A stretch of DNA of 64,000 nt from an uncultured Gammaproteobacteria bacterium. GTDB lineage: Bacteria; Pseudomonadota; Gammaproteobacteria; JABCZS01. Where the stretch lies: the NCBI GenBank assembly GCA_963848305.1, contig CAWKDC010000003.1, positions 160,001 to 224,000 on the forward strand. Reading direction: 5' to 3'. The translations under genes were made by a program, and so were the position numbers. Shown in pieces: positions 36,013 through 45,465 of this stretch (its first letter is position 1; each line of letters opens with the position of its first letter). Below the pieces are notes generated by a model. It made no database searches, was not told where the DNA came from, and saw only the letters and a program-made list of their open reading frames with translations.

Positions 36013-36386
36013 CATTATCATGACACAAGAACGCAGGATAGGATAAAATACCATGAGCGCTGAAGGCGCGAGAGAAAATGTCACGAGACTCGAAGAGCAC
36101 CCCATTATCATGAAACAAGGGCCCAGGCCGAAGGCCTGCAAGCAAATAGCCCAGGGTCAGGTGCGCAAAGCGCACCGCAACCCTGGGTTTAATAGGATAA
36201 AATATCACGAGCGCTGAAGGCGCGAGAGAAAATGTCACGAGACTCGAAGAGCACCCCATTATCATGAAACAAGGGCCCAGGCCGAAGGCCTGCAAGTCAA
36301 TAGCCCAGGGTTGCGGTGCGCAAAGCGCACCGCAACCCTGGGTTTGATAGGATAAAATATCACGAGCGCTGAAGGCGCGAGAGAAA
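36013..36386. repeat. Tandem array 1 of a 154-bp structured repeat (about 2.3 units)
   Basis: Unit starts (G/A)ATAGGATAAAAT at 36037, 36191, 36346; three hairpins per unit. Confidence 0.9.
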
Positions 36387-36401
36387 TAAAAATTCAAGAT
36401 A

Positions 36402-36418
36402 TTAATAACCGTTATTAA
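36402..36418. promoter_or_regulatory. Perfect 8-1-8 AT-rich palindrome upstream of the DUF1016 gene (candidate operator)
   Basis: TTAATAAC-C-GTTATTAA. Confidence 0.35.
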
Positions 36419-36527
36419 GTCAATTGTAATTTGATATTGCAGTGTGTTTCATCTTGTCTCACTGATTGCTGGATATGAAGAAGCCCCGTGAGCCCAATTA
36501 AAACAACACGACGATAAGGATATAAAA

Positions 36528-37565
36528 ATGACCAAAGAATTATTCAACCTTCCAGTAGATTATACGGATTGGCTTATCAGTTTAAAGCAGCGCATCAGTG
36601 GTGCTCGTCAGCGAGCGGCGCTTGCAGCCAATCATGAACAAATCAAACTTTATTATGATATCGGAAAGGAAATTTTGGATCGCCAGAACCAGCAAGGATG
36701 GGGTGCTAGTGTCATTGATAGGCTTTCCTCCGATCTTCGTGCGGCTTTTCCTGAAATGAAGGGTCTGTCGCCAAGAAACTTGAACTATATGAAGAGGTTC
36801 GCTGATGAATGCCCCAATCTTCTAATTTTGCAGCAATCTGCTGCAAAATTGCCCTGGTTCCATATTGTAACCCTTATCACCAAAGTAGCGGACCCTAAAG
36901 AGCGGGAATGGTATGCCATTCAGGCTACTCAGCAAGCCTGGCCCCGCGTAACCCTTGAGCTGCATATCAAAAACAATCTGTTTCAGCGTCAGGGTGCCGC
37001 CCCTAATAATTTTAAACAGCATTTTTCTGAACCTCATGCGGATCTTGCTGCTCAAATTTTAAAGGATCCCTATCATTTCGATTTTCTGGGACTGGGAGAT
37101 GAGGCCCACGAGCAAGACATTGAATCAGCACTGATCCGTCACATCACACGATTTTTGCTTGAACTGGGCGCAGGCTTCGCCTTTGTTGGCCGGCAATTTC
37201 GTTTGGAGGTGGAAGGCAGTGAGTTTTTCATTGATCTGCTGTTCTATCACACACGGCTCAAATGTTATGTGGTGGTTGAATTAAAGGCCACAGATTTCAA
37301 GCCAGAGCATGCAGGGCAGTTAAATTTTTACCTGGCTGCCGTCGACAATCAAGTCAAAGCACCTGACGACAAACCAACTATCGGCATATTGCTGTGTAAA
37401 ACAAAAAAGCAATTGATCGCAGAATATGCTTTATCTGGTATTAAAAAGCCAATGGGAGTGGCTGAATATGAGCTTGTTCGAGCATTGCCTGATCCTCTTG
37501 ATACCAATTTGCCGAGCATCGAAGAGCTTGAAATGGCGCTTTCTCAAGACTTATCTGATGAATGA
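36528..37565 (+). CDS. DUF1016 / YhcG family PD-(D/E)XK nuclease
   Basis: WG..VIDRLS.DL, LPWFH, KDPY.FDFL, FLLELG.GF.F, IDLLFYH..L.C.VVVELK, GQLNFY. Confidence 0.93.
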   Translation: MTKELFNLPVDYTDWLISLKQRISGARQRAALAANHEQIKLYYDIGKEILDRQNQQGWGASVIDRLSSDLRAAFPEMKGLSPRNLNYMKRFADECPNLLILQQSAAKLPWFHIVTLITKVADPKEREWYAIQATQQAWPRVTLELHIKNNLFQRQGAAPNNFKQHFSEPHADLAAQILKDPYHFDFLGLGDEAHEQDIESALIRHITRFLLELGAGFAFVGRQFRLEVEGSEFFIDLLFYHTRLKCYVVVELKATDFKPEHAGQLNFYLAAVDNQVKAPDDKPTIGILLCKTKKQLIAEYALSGIKKPMGVAEYELVRALPDPLDTNLPSIEELEMALSQDLSDE

Positions 37566-37619
37566 TACCATTATCAACTATTTGTTCATTTGCTTGAAGA
37601 AAGATCTAAATAGGCAGTT

Positions 37620-37656
37620 GTAGGGCGCATACTTGTGCCCGTGCGCCGATGGCGCG
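37620..37656 (+). repeat. REP-like palindrome with a GCGCC-GAT-GGCGC second hairpin
   Basis: GTAGGGCGCATACTTGTGCCC...; same layout as the copy at 1203-1240. Confidence 0.6.
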
Positions 37657-37710
37657 TGGGATATAATGCACTGCAAATGAACATGACAAATCGCCCCCTC
37701 ACAATGCTCG

Positions 37711-38615
37711 CAGGCCGAAGGCCTGCAAGCAAATAGCCCAGGGTCAGGTGCGCAAAGCGCACCGCAACCCTGGGTTTGATAGGATAAAATATCACGAGCG
37801 CTGAAGGCGCGAGAGAAAATGTCACGAGACTCGAAGCGCACCCCATTATCATGAAACAAGGGCCCAGGCCAACGGCCTGCAAGCAAATAGCCCAGGGCCA
37901 GGTGCGCAAAGCGCACCGCAACCCTGGGTTTGATAGGATAAAATATCACGAGCGCTGAAGGCGCGAGAGAAAATGTCACGAGACTCGAAGCGCACCCCAT
38001 TATCATGAAACAAGGCCCAGGCCAACGGCCTGCAAGCAAATAGCCCAGGGTCAGGTGCGCAAAGCGCACCGCAACCCTGGGTTTAATAGGATAAAATATC
38101 ACGAGCGCTGAAGGCGCGAGAGAAAATGTCACGAGACTCGAAGCGCACCCCATTATCATGAAACAAGGCCCCAGGCCAAAGGCCTGCAAGTCAATAGCCC
38201 AGGGTCAGGTGCGCAAAGCGCACCGCAACCCTGGGTTTGATAGGATAAAATATCACGAGCGCTGAGGGAGCGAGAGAAAATGTCACGCGCTTTCAGCGCT
38301 ACCTTCAATCAACTGATCGTTACCTGGGGCGTTGCCCCAGGCTATTAACTCACAGGCCTTCGGCCTGATCGGGTTTTTAAAGGTCGGATGATGAAAATTT
38401 GGATTTCTTCAGACTCAAAGAGCACCCCATTATCATGAAACAAGGGCCCAGGCCAACGGCCTGCAAGCAAATAGCCCAGGGCCAGGTGCGCAAAGCGCAC
38501 CGCAACCCTGGGTTTAATAGGATAAAATGTCACGCGCTTTCAGCGCTACCTTCAATCAACTGATCGTTACCTGGGGCGTTGCCCCAGGCTATTAACTCAC
38601 AGGCCTTCGGCCTGA
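37711..38615. repeat. Tandem array 2 of the 154-bp repeat (about 3.7 units plus one partial) with two copies of an inverted related element of about 83 bp
   Basis: CAGGCC cores at 37711, 37865, 38018, 38172, 38449; inverted element at about 38286-38368 and 38533-38615. Confidence 0.9.
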
Positions 38616-38635
38616 GGAAGGATAATGCAATAAAT

Positions 38636-38679
38636 AGCTGGCAACAGGAATCGAACCCGTGACCTACTGATTACAAATC
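38636..38679. repeat. att site (duplicated 3' part of tRNA-Thr)
   Basis: AGCTGGCAACAGGAATCGAACCCGTGACCTACTGATTACAAATC identical to 47059-47102. Confidence 0.95.
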
Positions 38680-38877
38680 GGGCACGATACTTGTTTCATC
38701 AGTGTTCACCATGCTTCATATAATTACACAGTTTCATTCAAAAACCCCTATTTTGATAGTGTTATTCGTAGTAACATAGTGCAGGGCGTTTCATCTCGTT
38801 TCACTGATTGCCACCTTCACAGAGGAACCCTATGAGGAACCCCAATATTTGTAATTAAACTAACGGAATAGAAGTTA

Positions 38878-40098
38878 ATGCAATTTACAGAAAAACAGAT
38901 ACAAGCGCTGAAACCCAAAGAACAGCGATATGATATTCGAGAAAAAAGTGGGAGTGGGTTCGCGGTACGTGTTTTTACCTCGGGCGAAAAATCTTGGATA
39001 TTCTTTTATAACTTTGAGGGAAGAAAACGTCGCATGACCCTGGGTAGTTATCCAGCGCTTAGTTTAAGCGAGGCGAGATCTCTTCATCGTAATGCTCTAA
39101 CCATCTTAGCTCATGGGAATGATCCCGGTTTAAGCAAACAGAAAGAAAAACTTGAAACGCGCTTATCTGCCACCATCGAAGCTCTAATTCACGAATATAT
39201 AGAAAAATGGGCTAAGCCTCGCAAGCGTTCATGGCAAGAAGATGAAAGAATTTTACTAAAAGATGTTCAGCCCGCATTCAGAAACAGAAAGGCCAGAGAC
39301 ATCACAAAGCGCGACATCCTGTTGCTTCTAGACAAAATCAAAGAACGAAACGCCCCAATTGCCGCCAACCGTACATTGGCTTGCGTGAGACGGCTGTTTA
39401 ATTTTGCTGTCGAGCGAGACATCATCACCAGCAGCCCTTGCTCATCAATCAAAGCACCTGCCAAAGAGAATCGTCGCGAACGTTGTTTATCGCTTGATGA
39501 AATTAGGTGTGTTTGGGACGGCCTGCCTAAGGCACGCATGTCGCTAAGTACTCAGCTTGTTCTTAAATTCCAGCTTGTCACAGCGCAGCGTAAAGGCGAG
39601 GTCATTACTGCTGAATGGAGCGATTTTGACATTACTGCTGGCTGGTGGACGATCCCTGCTTCAAAAGCAAAAAATGATCATGTAAATCGAGTCCCGCTCT
39701 CAAAGCTCGCGATTCAACTCCTTGATGAAATTAAAACGATATCAGGTGATTCGCACTGGCTTTTCCCTGCCGTTCGAGGTGATGGACATATCGGAGGCCA
39801 ATCCATTGATCACGCAGTGCGTAGAAGTATTGAAGTATTTGAGGTCATAGATCCGTGGACACCACACGATCTCAGAAGAACTGCGGCCACTCACATCACT
39901 GGCATGGGTATACCTCGTCTCGTTGTGAGCAAACTTCTAAATCATGCGGAGAATAGTGTGACAGCTATTTATGACCGCCATAGCTATGATGCTGAAAAAA
40001 AGCATGCTTTAGATGTCTGGGCGACGAAATTGCAAAATCTGATCGATGGCGTTGACTCTTCCGACAATATCATTGCATTGAAAAAAATCGGGGGTTGA
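38878..40098 (+). CDS. P4-like tyrosine integrase with arm-type DNA-binding domain
   Basis: G.KSW.F.Y...G.YP.LSL.EAR arm domain; catalytic R (TAQRKGE), HDLRRT, LLNH, Y. Confidence 0.95.
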   Translation: MQFTEKQIQALKPKEQRYDIREKSGSGFAVRVFTSGEKSWIFFYNFEGRKRRMTLGSYPALSLSEARSLHRNALTILAHGNDPGLSKQKEKLETRLSATIEALIHEYIEKWAKPRKRSWQEDERILLKDVQPAFRNRKARDITKRDILLLLDKIKERNAPIAANRTLACVRRLFNFAVERDIITSSPCSSIKAPAKENRRERCLSLDEIRCVWDGLPKARMSLSTQLVLKFQLVTAQRKGEVITAEWSDFDITAGWWTIPASKAKNDHVNRVPLSKLAIQLLDEIKTISGDSHWLFPAVRGDGHIGGQSIDHAVRRSIEVFEVIDPWTPHDLRRTAATHITGMGIPRLVVSKLLNHAENSVTAIYDRHSYDAEKKHALDVWATKLQNLIDGVDSSDNIIALKKIGG

Positions 40099-40101
40099 TC
40101 A

Positions 40102-40914
40102 GTGGAGAGCGAAAAATTTCAAGAAATAGCTTTAAACGATTTAAAGACATCACCGACGTTTGGTGGTATGGAAATGCCCCGAAAATCAAATCCTAGAAAA
40201 TCATCTCCCAAAAAAAGAAAGAAAGCAAAAAGGTACAAACCGATTGCACTGCATCTTTCTGATGAAAAGATTGCGGCAATTAAGGCTGATTTAGCAGTAA
40301 TTGGAAAAAAATATGGTTTCAAGGAGGACTATGATCTTTATCAAAATCTACTTTCCTTGCGGAGTCACGTTGACGCACATGAGATTGCTGTAATGAACTA
40401 CCCTCGTCCAGCAGAAACAAAAGACCAATTGGTAAACCTGTTGAAGACAGCCAAAGAGCTGAGCAGACTCTTTGCTAGAAATACTGCATTACAAACAAAG
40501 ATTCGCTTACTAGAAGCTCCTGAATTATTTGCTCAGAGGGGATACACGAATCTAAAGCGCCAAAATGGTGATTGGCATTTTAATCAATTTCAAAAAGATC
40601 TTGATGTATTAATCAGGAATGCTCATTTTGCATTGGAACTTGTACCTGTAGATCAAGGTGGTAGGAAGGCATTTTGTAGAGCAGAAACGGCTATATTTTG
40701 GCTTGCTTCTTATTTTGGACAGGGCACAGATACGATACCTAGATGTGGCGAGAAGTATGAAAAGAATTGTTACATCGGAGAATTTTATGACTTTATATTA
40801 GACATCGAGGGATGTCTAAATGATGTAGGTATAGACCTGCCCAATCGTAAAACAATTGGAAAATACGCGACAATACAGTCCTCAAGATATAGAGCATTAA
40901 TTGGCAAGAAATAA
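40102..40914 (+). CDS. Hypothetical protein of the satellite (270 aa)
   Basis: Long ORF between integrase and alpA; basic N-terminal stretch. Confidence 0.6.
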   Translation: MESEKFQEIALNDLKTSPTFGGMEMPRKSNPRKSSPKKRKKAKRYKPIALHLSDEKIAAIKADLAVIGKKYGFKEDYDLYQNLLSLRSHVDAHEIAVMNYPRPAETKDQLVNLLKTAKELSRLFARNTALQTKIRLLEAPELFAQRGYTNLKRQNGDWHFNQFQKDLDVLIRNAHFALELVPVDQGGRKAFCRAETAIFWLASYFGQGTDTIPRCGEKYEKNCYIGEFYDFILDIEGCLNDVGIDLPNRKTIGKYATIQSSRYRALIGKK

Positions 40915-41040
40915 CAATCCATACTGGTGAACAGTGACACTACTTCTTTCAAAAAAGCATAGGTAGCGTCGCTGTGATCAATCAACAACGATGTGGTCTA
41001 CTGAATACCGTTAAGCAATGGTAATTTAGGAGACACTAAC

Positions 41041-41235
41041 ATGCAATCTTGTCCTACCCAAAGCTCTTTGATTCGATACAAAGCATTAAAACAGCTAATT
41101 GGCGTCAGTCGCTCCACAATATTCAGATGGGAGCGTGACTCAAAGTTTCCACATCATTTCAATTTAGGTGGTAATACTATCGCCTGGCGCCTATCAGAGG
41201 TGGAGGAGTGGATTGCAGAAAAACAAAAAGCTTAA
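41041..41235 (+). CDS. alpA: AlpA family regulator / excisionase
   Basis: GVSRSTIFRW...FP....G...AW...EVEEWI; AGGAG RBS. Confidence 0.9.
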   Translation: MQSCPTQSSLIRYKALKQLIGVSRSTIFRWERDSKFPHHFNLGGNTIAWRLSEVEEWIAEKQKA

Positions 41236-41309
41236 GCATCAAAGGTAGCGCCGAAGGCAGGAATGGCAATCGGCGCAAATTAAGTTTCAAACACACAGGA
41301 TTATACCAT

Positions 41310-42293
41310 ATGGACAAATATATTGGTTTCAATAGAAACAACCTCCCCACCCCCACTGAAGTTTTAAATATGCTCAGCATCAAAATACCCAAGCCTAATC
41401 GAGGTGGATTTTTTGAAATAACATGCCCCGTACATTCTGGCGGCAAAGAAAAGCATCCTTCACTACATGTGCACAATGTGGACGGTTATTTTTTGTGCCA
41501 AGCCTGCAACGTTAAAGGTGGTGATGTCATCGATCTTTGGTGCCTTTATACAAGAGAAAATTTTAAGCAGGCAATTCAATCATTGGGGTGCAGTGATGAT
41601 GCGGCTTTAGGAAGTGTAGTGTCACATGCCATGCCTTACTTCGAGAGAATGCTCGAAACTGGGAAGGACATACTCAAAGATAAACAAGAGAAAGCTCGGC
41701 TGTTAAAAAAGTCTGTGATGCGCCATAAACGCCTGGCCCAGCCAGCACCTGAAACCCATGGTTATTTGAAGCTTAAAGGGATCAAGCTTCAAAATCTGAA
41801 GGTTGTTGACGGGTACTTGATCATCCCTATGTACACTGGTCGGTGTCAGCTTGTTTCCTATCAGCGTATCTGGCCTGATCGTACAAAAAAAGTTTTAGCA
41901 AATACCCCTGTCTCGGGGTTATATGGCCTTGTCGGCCTTTACGATGAGACCAAGCCCATTATCATATGCGAGGGGCTCTCAAAAGCCTACGCAATCTGGG
42001 CAAGCCTGGGTATCGCATGTTTTATATCATTTGGACATAGTAACCTTACTGATGCTCTTAAAACAATCCTGATGCATTTTCAGCACAATGCTGAGGTGAT
42101 CATTGCGGCAGATAACGATCCGCACGGATTTGGCTTAGAATCCGCAAGAAAGGCATTGGAATCCTTGAAGCTATATCGAATTAAAAATGTACGAATAGCT
42201 ATCCCTAAAAAAATTGGTGAAGATTTTTGCGATCTTTATCAAGCTGAAGGCGCTGCTGCCCTTGTTGCTTTATTCGATGAGGTGATGGCATGA
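41310..42293 (+). CDS. Primase: CHC2-type zinc finger plus TOPRIM domain
   Basis: CPVH...C..C..GGD; ICEG; IIAADND; DF.D. Confidence 0.88.
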   Translation: MDKYIGFNRNNLPTPTEVLNMLSIKIPKPNRGGFFEITCPVHSGGKEKHPSLHVHNVDGYFLCQACNVKGGDVIDLWCLYTRENFKQAIQSLGCSDDAALGSVVSHAMPYFERMLETGKDILKDKQEKARLLKKSVMRHKRLAQPAPETHGYLKLKGIKLQNLKVVDGYLIIPMYTGRCQLVSYQRIWPDRTKKVLANTPVSGLYGLVGLYDETKPIIICEGLSKAYAIWASLGIACFISFGHSNLTDALKTILMHFQHNAEVIIAADNDPHGFGLESARKALESLKLYRIKNVRIAIPKKIGEDFCDLYQAEGAAALVALFDEVMA

Positions 42294-44154
42294 AAACAGA
42301 CATTGACATAATTAACTGCGAACAATGCGAACAGCGTGAACAACCCAATGGCAACGTGGATTTACAAGGTTCGCATGACAAAACAGCATCTGCGAACGTT
42401 GCGAACGATTCACATATAAACGATCATGATGAGTTGATGACAAAGATTCTGAGACCATCGTTCATTTGTCATGTTAATCCCTTTGTAAGAGATGGCAATG
42501 AGATGAGGGAGGGTCTTTATTGGCATAATGTCGTGTCCACGAATGATGGGCGAGTGGAAGTTGATGAATGGATCTGCACACCATTGCGTGTAGTTGCAAT
42601 ATCTTCATCGCCCAAAAGCGACTTTTTTGGCCGGCTTCTCGAATTTCAAGATAGCAACGGAAAATGGCACACATGGGCGATGCCTATGCATTTGCTAAAA
42701 AGCACTGGTGATGAATTGCGTGCAGAACTGTTAGACAAAGGGCTAATTTTCGATCAGAAAAAACGTAACTTACTTACTCAATATATTTTGAGTGCAAACT
42801 CTGAGAGAAAAATTATTGCCGCAAGCACTGTTGGCTGGCACAAAAACTCTTTTGTTTTACCCGGTCATGTGATCGGCAATGATGATGTGATTTTTCAGTC
42901 CGAAGAGGCAGAGAATGATGAATTTGTAACGACCGGCACGCTCGATGGTTGGCAGACTGAAATTGGACTACATTCCGAGAATAATATCCCTTTAATGGTC
43001 TCAATCTCAGCTGTCCTTGCGGGCCATTATTTCGACGAGCCAATCGTCAGCAAGGTGGAGGTATTCATTGGATCGGGGATTCATCATCCGGAAAATCCAC
43101 TTGCGTTGAAGTTGCGGCATCAGTTTGGGGTTCGCCTGAGCTCATACGCTCCTGGAGTGCCACTGCCAATGGTTTAGAAGGTATAGCATCTGTCCGCAAT
43201 GATCTGTGTCTATTGTTGGATGAAATTGACGAGGCCTTGACGGATGAAGTCGGTAAGATTGTTTATTTGCTTGCAAATGGACGTGGAAAGCAACGAGCTG
43301 GACGCACTGGTTTAGCAAGAAAAACCAGCAAGTGGTGCACAATGACAATTTCTACTGGCGAGCGTGATTTGTCATCAATCATTGGCGAGTCGGGTAAGCG
43401 TGCGAATGCGGGTCAAATGGTGCGCCTTCTCAACATACCTTCCCGTTTCGAGCATGGTGTTTTTAGTGACTTGCATGGTTTTTCAGGTGGACGTGCTCTT
43501 GCCGATCACTTGAAAGTTAAGAGGTTAGAACATCACGGGCATGTTGGTCCAGCCTTTATCAGAAAGTTAATTGATGAAAGGGGGGATTTGAGTGAAAAGC
43601 TAGAAATGTTAACCAAACAGCTGATCACCTGCGCGATGTCTCATCTCGAAGAGCGTGCTGCAGGCTTATTTGCACTTATAGCCTTAGCAGGTGAATTGGG
43701 AATTGAGTATGGGCTGTTGCCGTGGAAAGAAGGGGGGGCTATTAATGCGGTTACAGAGGCCTTCCTAAGGTGGCAGGAATTCCATGGCGTTGGACATACA
43801 GAAGATCAGCAGATCCTTAAATCAATAAGTAGTTACATTGAGAAATACGCAGATTCTCGATTTTCCTCATATAAAGAAAATTCTGACAATCAAGACAGCA
43901 GGCCTGTGAATGTCCGTTCTGGCTGGTTTAAAGAGGATGATAAAAATGGACGCGTTTACATGTTTACAGGTGAAGCACTTGACGAAGCAGCCGGGCGATA
44001 TCCACGTCAACGCATTATTGATGCATTGAACAAATATGGCTGGATTGCAGAAAGAAGTGATAAGCGATGGACCAAAAAGGTCAGAGTACAGGGGATGACT
44101 AATGGAAAAGAACTCTATCACATCAGAGAGGTTGAGCTTGATCATGGGGATTGA
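42290..44154 (+). CDS. DUF927-family helicase, frameshift near 43023
   Basis: GRLLEF.D..G..H.W.MP; after the frameshift Walker A GDSSSGKST, SW..T.N..E, Walker B LLLDEI, Y.LANG.GK.R, STGE. Confidence 0.88.
42317..42407. repeat. GCGAAC iteron cluster 1 (candidate replication origin)
   Basis: Octamers at 42317, 42326, 42335 (9-bp period, third is CGTGAACA), inverted at 42369, direct at 42391 and 42400. Confidence 0.65.
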
Positions 44155-44560
44155 TGAAGTCATTAACAAGTTTTGTTCGCAGCCTATAGCGCGTCGCGAA
44201 CATGTTGCGAACGCCAAAACGTCCGCCATTCCTGGACGTTCGCACCGTTCGCAGTGTTCGCACCAGCAAATCGTTACATCGAATCCAAAATCAACCTATC
44301 AGCTTGTTGAGGAATTTATTGACAAGGCGGCTGGGCTTGGTGTTGATTTATCATGGGATGATCAACGGTGGCTGAAGAACATGCTCTGGGATGTTAACAT
44401 GGCTGATGCCCATAAATTGTTATGTCAGTATTACATTGAATGGTGTGACGGTGCAGCTGCTGAAAAAATGGAGCACAAGAAGTGTAATGCTGGCCGACTT
44501 CGTGCTAACACTTTTTTGCGTGAAACTCTTTCATCAATGCACCAATGGAGAAAAAAATGA
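44144..44560 (+). CDS. Hypothetical satellite protein (start uncertain; 5' part overlaps iterons)
   Basis: C-terminal Y...W...A..E...K.NAGR.RAN.FLR segment resembles small ORFs that follow helicases in such elements (recalled, unverified). Confidence 0.5.
   Translation: MGIDEVINKFCSQPIARREHVANAKTSAIPGRSHRSQCSHQQIVTSNPKSTYQLVEEFIDKAAGLGVDLSWDDQRWLKNMLWDVNMADAHKLLCQYYIEWCDGAAAEKMEHKKCNAGRLRANTFLRETLSSMHQWRKK
44174..44262. repeat. GCGAAC iteron cluster 2, approximate mirror of cluster 1
   Basis: Inverted at 44174; direct at 44195 and 44206; inverted triplet at 44237, 44246, 44255. Confidence 0.65.
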
Positions 44561-45156
44561 ACGTAGAAGATATCAATAAGCCCAAAATTTATCATGTAAA
44601 CAATCAAAAAGTTGAGGCCGAGCAGGGTATCAAATTTCGTGCGGATTCGAGTGATGGGCAGATACAATCGGATCAAATCACAAAACAACTTAATGAAGAG
44701 AGCAAGGAATATAAGATTGCAGAAGCAAAAGCATTTGCCGGAAGCTGGGGACAAACCACTCTGACTATTGAAATGTTGTGCGGTAGTCGCCTCGACATTA
44801 ATTGCCTGATGGATGAGCTCAAAGTACAGATAAGGGAGCTCGTTGATGATGGTTCTCGTCAGAGCGCAATCATGTTGGCCAGCAGCTCCATCGCGTTAAA
44901 TGTGCTTTCCCACAATTTGCTGCGTAATTCAAGCAAAGCAGTGAGCGTCGAAGAAGGCTTGGCACGCGCCGATCTTGCTCTGAAATCATTCGATCAGGTT
45001 CGAAAAATGCTGTTAGCGTTGGATCAAATAAAAAGACCCAGGCAGCAGATTACTCAAAACAACTATTTGCAAGAATCCGTGCAAACAAACATTTTAGATC
45101 CTCAAAACGAAAAGGTAGGGTCAACATTAAAGGGGGTGAACGATGAAGCAACGTAG
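44557..45156 (+). CDS. Hypothetical helical satellite protein
   Basis: LALKSFDQVRKMLLALDQIKRP segment; overlaps neighbouring ORFs. Confidence 0.6.
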   Translation: MNVEDINKPKIYHVNNQKVEAEQGIKFRADSSDGQIQSDQITKQLNEESKEYKIAEAKAFAGSWGQTTLTIEMLCGSRLDINCLMDELKVQIRELVDDGSRQSAIMLASSSIALNVLSHNLLRNSSKAVSVEEGLARADLALKSFDQVRKMLLALDQIKRPRQQITQNNYLQESVQTNILDPQNEKVGSTLKGVNDEAT

Positions 45157-45361
45157 GTGGAACGAGGATCAGCGCAGACAACACAGTCAATTGATTCATA
45201 ATGTTAGGCCCTGGGAATCTGGTACAGGCCCTCGTACGCCCGAGGGGTTGGCTATCAGCAAGATGAACGCCTTACGAACTGGTCTATATGCTGCTGAGCT
45301 TCGTGAGGCAAGAAGGCATTTAGCGGAATGCAGAAGATTAACAAGAAATATAGCAAGCTAG
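45143..45361 (+). CDS. Small HGGxSTG-like protein
   Basis: WESGTGPRTPEGLAISKMNALRTG resembles the STGPRT.EG...S..NA.KHG motif. Confidence 0.65.
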   Translation: MKQRRWNEDQRRQHSQLIHNVRPWESGTGPRTPEGLAISKMNALRTGLYAAELREARRHLAECRRLTRNIAS

Positions 45362-45465
45362 CTTATATATGTATTTTTATCAGAACCATTCATCCGGTTG
45401 CACTGGTGTGCAAGAAAGTGTATCATTCTTCAAACTGAAAACCCATTGAGTAGTAGGAGGGGTAG

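Noticed and set aside
35884-36141. N-terminal extension of the S8 protease ORF
   Set aside because: Reads through repeat DNA; the RBS and signal peptide place the start at 35883 or 35880
37578-38533. Repetitive minus-strand ORFs (GPCFMIMGC...), also 35963-36397
   Set aside because: Translations of the DNA repeat; the usual 154-bp period is not a multiple of 3 and frames shift between units
36013-38615. CRISPR array
   Set aside because: Units are near-identical over the full 154 bp, with no unique spacers and no cas genes
38636-38679. Second tRNA-Thr gene
   Set aside because: Only the 3' 44 bp are present; this is the att duplication
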